Both the position numbers and the translations under genes were made by a program. A stretch of DNA of 61,838 nt from Deltaproteobacteria bacterium (GTDB lineage Bacteria; Myxococcota_A; Polyangia; Polyangiales; JAFGIB01), in the NCBI GenBank assembly GCA_016929805.1, contig JAFGIB010000113.1, positions 1 to 61,838 on the forward strand. Direction: 5' to 3'. Below, in pieces: positions 56,028-61,838 of this stretch. The first letter of the stretch is position 1. The number at the start of each line of letters is the position of its first letter. The notes under the pieces were generated by a model. The model saw only the letters and a program-made list of their open reading frames with translations. It made no database searches and was not told the DNA's origin.

Positions 56028-56058
56028 TGTCAACATGACATATTGCGACAAAATGTCA
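56028..56058. promoter_or_regulatory. cluster of TGTCA/TGACA half-sites upstream of the NtrC-family gene
   Basis: TGTCA-ACA-TGACA at 56028-56040 and cGACA-AAA-TGTCA at 56046-56058. They lie 24-55 nt upstream of the ATG at 56004 (minus-strand gene). Another TGTCATTGCGA is at 56148. Confidence 0.3.
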
Positions 56059-56259
56059 AGAACCTATGCTATTTTGCCAGGAAAGCGGCCGCGCCGGCCG
56101 GGTTTCGGCGAGCGAAAACCTAACCGCTCAAAAAGAGGTGGCAGGTATGTCATTGCGAGCGAGGCGAGAAATTTCAAACAGAGATTTATCGCCGCCTTTG
56201 GCTCCTCGACACGATAGATCACGGCGCCTCGCCACGATTCTTACAGCTACGCTAAAACG

Positions 56260-57363
56260 TCAATCCGCGTAAGGAATTGTTTCGCACACCGGCGCCGTTC
56301 CGTACCAGCGCATCAGCTTGGGCAGCGGCCGGCCGTCGTCGCCGTATTCGATCAACGCGTAGGTCAGCCCGCTGTCTTGACCGAGATATTGCAGGTTTAG
56401 ATTGATCATTTTCATCCACGTACCGGTGTTGATCATCACCTTTCTTCCACGTAACAAGCGGTAGCGCGGCGCGTGGCTGTGTCCGACGATCAAGGTATGT
56501 ACTCCGCGCTGTTTGAGCAGGGAGCGCTTGGCGGCGTCGTCATACGTGCTGATGGAGAAGATCTCCTCGCGCAACAGACGCGGAAGGTTACGAATGCGTT
56601 GACTCCACGCGCGAAAGGTGAAGACGCGATGGCGCAAATAATGCAGTAGCGTGCGAAAGACAAAACCCACGGCGAAGCGCGTATCGAAAAGCAGCGCGGC
56701 GAGGATAAATAGGGTAAAGGGTTGGATACGATCGATGTGGCTGCGGATCTTCTTGGCGGGATTGACCACTTGCAGAATCCAAAGGGTTCCCCAGGGAAGA
56801 TCGAGGATTTCGCGATTGTCCGCCCCTTTGCGCGTCATCTTCGCGTAGTCGACCCGATGGATTCGTTCGTACTGGTGACCGTGTCGGATTTGAATCCCCT
56901 CGGGAAGATAATAGGTGTCGACGGCGGTGATAAAGCGCACGCGTTCCGCTGCTTCGCCGGGCGCGACGTAGCGACGAAACAACCGCTGCGGCGCGTCGAA
57001 CCACATATCGACGTCGTGGTTGCCGGGCAGATAGACGATGCGACGGTGCTTTTTGGAAACGAACTGGCGCAGAGCGAGCACGAATTTCGGGTGTCCTTCG
57101 AGGCATTTGCGCAGCTTTTCCGTGGCGATTTCCTCGGTGATCTCCGCGGGCCAGCCGTTGTTTATCCTCACCTTTATCAAATCGAATATATCCCCGTTCA
57201 GTATCAACTCGATCTCCCCTTCATCCCCGATCGCGTTATCGTAATAGGCGATGAGCTCAGCGAACCGGTCGTCCCAAAAGAAGTCCTCGAACGGGTTCAG
57301 CTCTCCCTTGGGGATACCCGTTCCGATATGAAAATCGCTTACAACTAAACGAAGTAACTTCAT
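56260..57363 (-). CDS. calcineurin-like metallophosphoesterase with an internal membrane segment
   Basis: Ordered motifs VSDFHIG (DxH), NGDIFD (GD), GNHD, HGHQ and VGHSHAP (GHxH). A hydrophobic stretch (PFTLFILAALLFDTRFAVGFVF) lies between the halves. Confidence 0.8.
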   Translation of the reverse strand: MKLLRLVVSDFHIGTGIPKGELNPFEDFFWDDRFAELIAYYDNAIGDEGEIELILNGDIFDLIKVRINNGWPAEITEEIATEKLRKCLEGHPKFVLALRQFVSKKHRRIVYLPGNHDVDMWFDAPQRLFRRYVAPGEAAERVRFITAVDTYYLPEGIQIRHGHQYERIHRVDYAKMTRKGADNREILDLPWGTLWILQVVNPAKKIRSHIDRIQPFTLFILAALLFDTRFAVGFVFRTLLHYLRHRVFTFRAWSQRIRNLPRLLREEIFSISTYDDAAKRSLLKQRGVHTLIVGHSHAPRYRLLRGRKVMINTGTWMKMINLNLQYLGQDSGLTYALIEYGDDGRPLPKLMRWYGTAPVCETIPYAD

Positions 57364-57539
57364 CGCGACCGTTCACTCCTCGTATAGCGCCGTAGCCACA
57401 TCGCTCATCAATCCTACAAAGAAAGCCGGTTTCCGAGAAGCCGCGCGCCGAGCTCGCGTTCGGAATCGTCGGCCGGTAGCGTCACTAACCACCTATCGGC
57501 ACGCGAGCCAATGCACTTCATCTTGCCTCCGGTTCGCGC

Positions 57540-59750
57540 ATGAGCTTTACTTTATTACACGGCATAATCGTCGATCTAAAACGGGTAATCGTGCTGTTTT
57601 TAAAGTGTAGCGCTAACGCGGAGAGTTGTGAAAAAAGGGTCAATCCCTCGGCCTGGTTAGCTTTTCTCATCTTGTCGGGTTGCTGTTGCAGCACCGACAG
57701 ATTCGATCTGCCCGCGCTGAGCGAGCCGTCGAACAGGCAATCGGACGCCGCGCTTGAGGATGATTCGGCGTCGCTATTGGATATTGACGCTCAAGCGTCC
57801 GAGTTGCTGGTCATCAGGATGGTTCCGGCGAGCGGCCCTTTTGTCGGCGGCAACCAAGTGCTGGTTCGAGGCAGCGGTTTCACCTCGGAGAGTCGCGTTT
57901 ATATCGGCGGTCGTATGGTGCGGTCACAGGATGCGACTTTCGTCGATACGAATCGGCTTTCTATCATCGTGCCCGCCGGCGAGCCGGGCCCGTCCGATGT
58001 TCTTGTCGAGCGAGGGTCCGATAGCGCTACCCTGGAGGGGGGGTATACTTACAGCGCGCTCTATCTCGACCCCGCTTCCGGTTCAACCGCGGGCGGCACG
58101 CTGGTCGAAATCATCGGCAATGGAACCGCGTTCAGCGAAGGCGTTGAGGTGCGCTTTGATAGCGAAGCCTGCCTTGACGTGCGGCGCTTTTCGCCGACGC
58201 GTTTGAGCTGTAGAACACCGCCAATGCGGGCGGGAGCCGCGGACGTGACGGTGTTCGATCCCGCTTCGAAGGAGAAACCCCTCGTCGCCGAGGAGGCGTT
58301 TTTGTACATCGACACGGCGAACGCCACCAACGGCGGGTTGGCGGGGGAGCCGATAGAGGGAACGATCAATGTGACGGTGTTCGATTCGACTCTGGGCATC
58401 AGGCTTCAGGGCGTGTTCGTCATGGTGGGTGACGATATCAATACGCCGCTACAGGGATTGACCGACGAGCGCGGACAAATCACCTTTTCCGACCCGGGGC
58501 TCGCGGGGCCGGTGACGGTTCACGCGGCTTTGAAATGCTTCGAAAAGGGATCGATCGTCTCATTTGACGCCACCGATGTGACGATTTTCTTACGCACGCT
58601 GATAGGCATTGACCCCGCTTGCATGGACTTCGATCTGTTTGAGTTCGAGATACCCGATCTACCGGAGGATAGCGGGCGCGCGATGACGACGATTTCCGGC
58701 GAGTTGGTCCTGCCGCAACGCGATGAGTTTTATTACAACGATTGGAACCGGATTCCTCAACCGAGAGATAATGAACAGCGGGTCATCTATATCTTTACCA
58801 CCCAAGCCAGCGCGACCTCCTTGAATCCGAATCCCAAAACCGCCGAAGGATTACAGCGCGTGGTTGAAGGCGAGACCGCGGTCGCGAACGCCGGCTTTCC
58901 CTATAAAATTACCTCGCGCTCGGGCGGGCTCGCGGTCTACGCGCTGGCGGGAATCGAAAACCGAAACAAGCGGGAATTTTTCCCGTATTTAATGGGTGTC
59001 ACGCGAGACGTAATCGCCACGCCGGGAAAAGAAACCAACGGTGTCGATATCCTGGTGGATATCCCGCTCGATCGCGAGTTTCAAGTCAAGCTGCTCGAGC
59101 TTCCTCAAAGCACACCTGAAGGACCCCTTCGGTTTCGGGCTCAAGCGCACGTCGATCTCGGCGGTCAAGGCGTAATCGTGAGAGAGGTCAACGGAAACAG
59201 CATCGACTTGGTTAGTAAATCGAACGGCGATGCCACTTTTCGCTTCTTGGCTCAACCCGCCATGATCGATTCCCTGGCCGACGGACGCTACGCGCTTCTG
59301 GTCGGATGGTACACGGGCTCGGACGATGAGCCGCCGTATACCGCTATGATCAAACGCGGGGTTGAGCAGAGCGTCGAGCCGCTGGTGCTGCGGAAAGAAT
59401 TACTCGGCCTACCGCAAGCGGTCGCACCCAAGGACGGTGAGTCGATCCCGCAAGATCGAATCCTCTCGTGGACGGCCGACGGTCCGCAGCCGGATCTGCA
59501 CATCGTTACCATCGAGGGCGGGGACGGTTATCCGGCTTGGCGGCAAATCGTGCCCGGCCGGCTGCGAGAAACGCCGATACCCGATCTCGGGTCAATCGCG
59601 AATCTGCAAGACATCGCGCAAGGCCGCGTCATCTGGAAGGTGCGAGCGGTTCGAATTCCCGAGTTTCGCTTCAACCAATTTCAATATGATGTATTATCGA
59701 GTCGATATTGGACTCACGACGCGTTGAATGCTTTCGGCATAAAACGTTGA
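57540..59750 (+). CDS. IPT/TIG-domain lipoprotein, large C-terminal region unassigned
   Basis: Lipobox-like AFLILSGC. Two IPT/TIG units (VPASGPFVGGNQVLVRGSGFTSESRVYIGG.. and LDPASGSTAGGTLVEIIGNGTAFSEGVEVRFD..). The remaining roughly 480 aa have no motif I recognise. The start is uncertain. Confidence 0.7.
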   Translation: MSFTLLHGIIVDLKRVIVLFLKCSANAESCEKRVNPSAWLAFLILSGCCCSTDRFDLPALSEPSNRQSDAALEDDSASLLDIDAQASELLVIRMVPASGPFVGGNQVLVRGSGFTSESRVYIGGRMVRSQDATFVDTNRLSIIVPAGEPGPSDVLVERGSDSATLEGGYTYSALYLDPASGSTAGGTLVEIIGNGTAFSEGVEVRFDSEACLDVRRFSPTRLSCRTPPMRAGAADVTVFDPASKEKPLVAEEAFLYIDTANATNGGLAGEPIEGTINVTVFDSTLGIRLQGVFVMVGDDINTPLQGLTDERGQITFSDPGLAGPVTVHAALKCFEKGSIVSFDATDVTIFLRTLIGIDPACMDFDLFEFEIPDLPEDSGRAMTTISGELVLPQRDEFYYNDWNRIPQPRDNEQRVIYIFTTQASATSLNPNPKTAEGLQRVVEGETAVANAGFPYKITSRSGGLAVYALAGIENRNKREFFPYLMGVTRDVIATPGKETNGVDILVDIPLDREFQVKLLELPQSTPEGPLRFRAQAHVDLGGQGVIVREVNGNSIDLVSKSNGDATFRFLAQPAMIDSLADGRYALLVGWYTGSDDEPPYTAMIKRGVEQSVEPLVLRKELLGLPQAVAPKDGESIPQDRILSWTADGPQPDLHIVTIEGGDGYPAWRQIVPGRLRETPIPDLGSIANLQDIAQGRVIWKVRAVRIPEFRFNQFQYDVLSSRYWTHDALNAFGIKR

Positions 59751-59761
59751 AGGAGGCGCGT

Positions 59762-61741
59762 ATGACTTCCGTCGGCAAGTTGATAGCGTTGTTAATGTTA
59801 GCGGCGCTCTCGGCGTGCGACGTCGGGGGGGAGATCATCACCCTGCCGCCTCTAAGGCCGGAAGATCCGTCGAGTAAAGGCAGTCCCTTTCGCTGCTACT
59901 CCGAGGATACGGTCAAGTGTATCGGAAAGGTTCATCACAGTTGCGAAAGCGTGGGAGAGTTCCTTCAGGAAAAGACCGTCGATTGCGCGGCCAAGGATCT
60001 CGTTTGCGTGCCGAACGATCTCGTTTGCGCGGTCTGCGTTCCCGGAACGATGCGCTGCGAGGGCAACAGCTCGGTGCGTTGCGCCGCGGACGGAAATGGT
60101 TTCGACGTGGTTGAAGTCTGCGATACCGCGAAGGGTTTTCAGTGCGTTGCCTCGGTGTGCGAGAATATGTGCGAAACGGCCGAGAAGCAACGCAGCTACG
60201 TCGGCTGCGAGTTTTACGCCGCTGACTTGGATAACGCCGCCATCGACGCCATCGACGACGCGTCCAAGCAGCAGTACGCGGTCGTGGTGTCGAACCTGCA
60301 TTCGGTCCCGATCGAGGTCTTTATCGAGGTTAACGACGCGAGTCCGGGCGAGCCCGTGCGGGCGCGAGAGGTCGCGCGCGTAACCGTCCCGCCGAATGAT
60401 CTCGAGGTCTTCGAGTTGCCCCGACGCGAGGTCGATGGATCGAGTGAGGACGGTATTAACGACGGCACGCATACCGCGCTCAGCTCCAACGCGTATCGAA
60501 TCGAGTCGAGCCATCCGATTATCGCCTATCAGTTCAATCCGCTCGATAACGTGAATGTCTTTTCCAACGAGGCCTCGCTGCTGCTTCCCACATCGGCGAT
60601 CGGCGACAGCTATACCGTGGTCGGATGGCCGCAGACCATCGGCCATTCCGAGGATCCGCAGTTCGATTTCGACCATACCTCGGCGGACGAGGATCTGCGC
60701 TCCTTTCTCACCATCATCGGCACGCACGAGTCAACGCGCTTAGAGCTCGCGTTGGGACCCGGCGTGATCGAGGTGGAGGGGGCGAGCCCGATTCCCGCGC
60801 TCGGCCCGGGAGATACTTTCGAGCTGGAGATCGGGCCTTTTGACGTCGTCAATCTAGAGACTCAAGGTTTCAATGCCGATTTTACCGGGACGCTGATAGA
60901 GGCCTCGCATCCGGTCTCGGTATTTGTCGGAAGCGAAGCCTCGGACGCGCCGTATTTTTTGACTTACGCCACCCGGCAGTGCTGCGCGGACCATTTGGAG
61001 GAGCAGTTGTTTCCCAACGCGGCCCTCGGTAAAAGCTACGTGATTTCCCGTATGCCGTCGCGCACCTCGGCCTTGAACGCCGCGTTTGTAGACCCGGAAC
61101 AGTCGGTCGCCGAGGTCAACGAACCGGAATATGTACGCATCGTCGCGGTCGAGGAGGGAAAGACCGGGGTGCTGACGACCCTGGATGTTCCCTACGAGGC
61201 GTTTACCATCGACTATCGCGGCGTTTTTGATATCGAGGCGACGCGGGATTTCATGATCATCGCGGACAAACGTATCGCCGTTCTGCAAACGTTGCCGAGT
61301 CAACAGGTGGTCGGCATTGACAAGGCGTTTCCCGGCGGCGACCCCTCGATCATCGCGGTGCCTCCGGTGGAGCAATACCGCGCTGATTACATCTTCTTGA
61401 CCCCCAACAAATACGCTTTTGATTTTGTTACTATCACGGCCGATCCGGATACGGAAGTCATATTGGACGGAGTACAAGTCGCCGAATCGTGCTCGGCCGA
61501 GCTGATCGATGGAACGTTGCTAAGCCGAAAAGAGCCCTTGCCCTCGAAGGTCGTTTATCGCTGTCAACTCTCCTTTCCGCGGGTCACGGATTTGCCCAAA
61601 CCGACGGTTTTAGACGGCGACCAATCGGACGGCGTTCACAAGCTTATCGCGGACCAGCCGGTGGGACTGGTGGTCTTTGGATTCGATCGTTTTGTGAGTT
61701 ACGCGTACGCTGGGGGGCTCAATCTCGAATTGATCTACTAA
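59762..61741 (+). CDS. Cys-rich lipoprotein with an IgGFc-binding-protein-N-terminal-like beta domain
   Basis: ATG at 59762 is preceded by AGGAGG at 5 nt; the track start at 59708 overlaps the upstream gene. Lipobox LAALSAC. About 100 aa carry roughly 16 Cys, then YVGCEFYAADLDN..QYAVVVSNLHSVPIEVFIEV.. The domain assignment is from memory only. Confidence 0.65.
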   Translation: MTSVGKLIALLMLAALSACDVGGEIITLPPLRPEDPSSKGSPFRCYSEDTVKCIGKVHHSCESVGEFLQEKTVDCAAKDLVCVPNDLVCAVCVPGTMRCEGNSSVRCAADGNGFDVVEVCDTAKGFQCVASVCENMCETAEKQRSYVGCEFYAADLDNAAIDAIDDASKQQYAVVVSNLHSVPIEVFIEVNDASPGEPVRAREVARVTVPPNDLEVFELPRREVDGSSEDGINDGTHTALSSNAYRIESSHPIIAYQFNPLDNVNVFSNEASLLLPTSAIGDSYTVVGWPQTIGHSEDPQFDFDHTSADEDLRSFLTIIGTHESTRLELALGPGVIEVEGASPIPALGPGDTFELEIGPFDVVNLETQGFNADFTGTLIEASHPVSVFVGSEASDAPYFLTYATRQCCADHLEEQLFPNAALGKSYVISRMPSRTSALNAAFVDPEQSVAEVNEPEYVRIVAVEEGKTGVLTTLDVPYEAFTIDYRGVFDIEATRDFMIIADKRIAVLQTLPSQQVVGIDKAFPGGDPSIIAVPPVEQYRADYIFLTPNKYAFDFVTITADPDTEVILDGVQVAESCSAELIDGTLLSRKEPLPSKVVYRCQLSFPRVTDLPKPTVLDGDQSDGVHKLIADQPVGLVVFGFDRFVSYAYAGGLNLELIY

Positions 61742-61838
61742 GGGCTCGCGAAAAAATAACTTCACTTTTTTCATCCCATATTGGGCGGATTGTCACATTT
61801 CCTCAATCGCGAAATCCTCGAAATATCCCTAATATTCC

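Noticed and set aside
1-61838. Window-wide look for CRISPR arrays, rRNA, tRNA, toxin-antitoxin pairs, restriction-modification or other recognisable defence genes.
   Set aside because: I saw no regularly spaced direct repeats, no rRNA or tRNA signatures, and no nuclease, methylase or Cas-like translations. All sizeable ORFs are accounted for by housekeeping, envelope, chemosensory or secretion functions.

Overview
This 61.8-kb window looks like chromosomal DNA from a Gram-negative bacterium. I tentatively place it in a Myxococcota/Bradymonadia-like lineage. That placement is inference from myxo-type cysteine-rich DDGNPCTDDSCD repeats, an AgmX/PglI-type tail domain, a Frz-like chemosensory parts list and roughly 55-60% GC. 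Gene density is high, and I found no rRNA, tRNA, CRISPR array, transposase or integrase.

Main blocks:
(i) 1-6.9 kb: a DUF456 membrane protein, a P1B-type ATPase homologue whose catalytic motifs are all degenerate, argH, a secreted beta-barrel-like protein and mntP.
(ii) 6.9-19.2 kb, all on the minus strand: a discoidin-domain polytopic membrane protein, a type-B carboxylesterase lipoprotein and a PAS hybrid histidine kinase. These are followed by an sxtI/sxtJ/sxtK-like carbamoyltransferase module, which includes a 54-aa ORF absent from the ORF track, and a roughly 1000-aa cbEGF/cysteine-repeat surface protein.
(iii) 19.4-27.2 kb: panE, an AgmX/PglI-tail protein and the conserved dprA-topA-trmFO trio.
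(iv) 27.7-38.7 kb: a second carboxylesterase lipoprotein and a noticeably lower-GC chemosensory cluster (cheY-cheW-cheR(TPR)-cheW-cheA/Y-cheB, with a divergent transmembrane MCP).
(v) 38.8-56 kb: nagZ and a complete 13-gene type II secretion operon, gspC-D-E-F-(G-like)-G-H-I-J-K-L-M-N. A near-consensus sigma-54 promoter lies just upstream of gspC, and an orphan NtrC-type enhancer-binding response regulator is the next gene upstream.
(vi) 56.2-61.7 kb: a membrane metallophosphoesterase and two large lipoproteins (IPT/TIG and Cys-rich IgGFc-binding-like).

Most notable observations: the sigma-54/EBP-controlled T2SS with an extra non-cleavable pseudopilin-like gene, the pseudo-P-type ATPase, the sxtIJK-like module of unknown function, and the low-GC Frz-like chemosensory island next to the secretion system.

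All calls rest on reading the translations and the DNA by eye. No database search was run.
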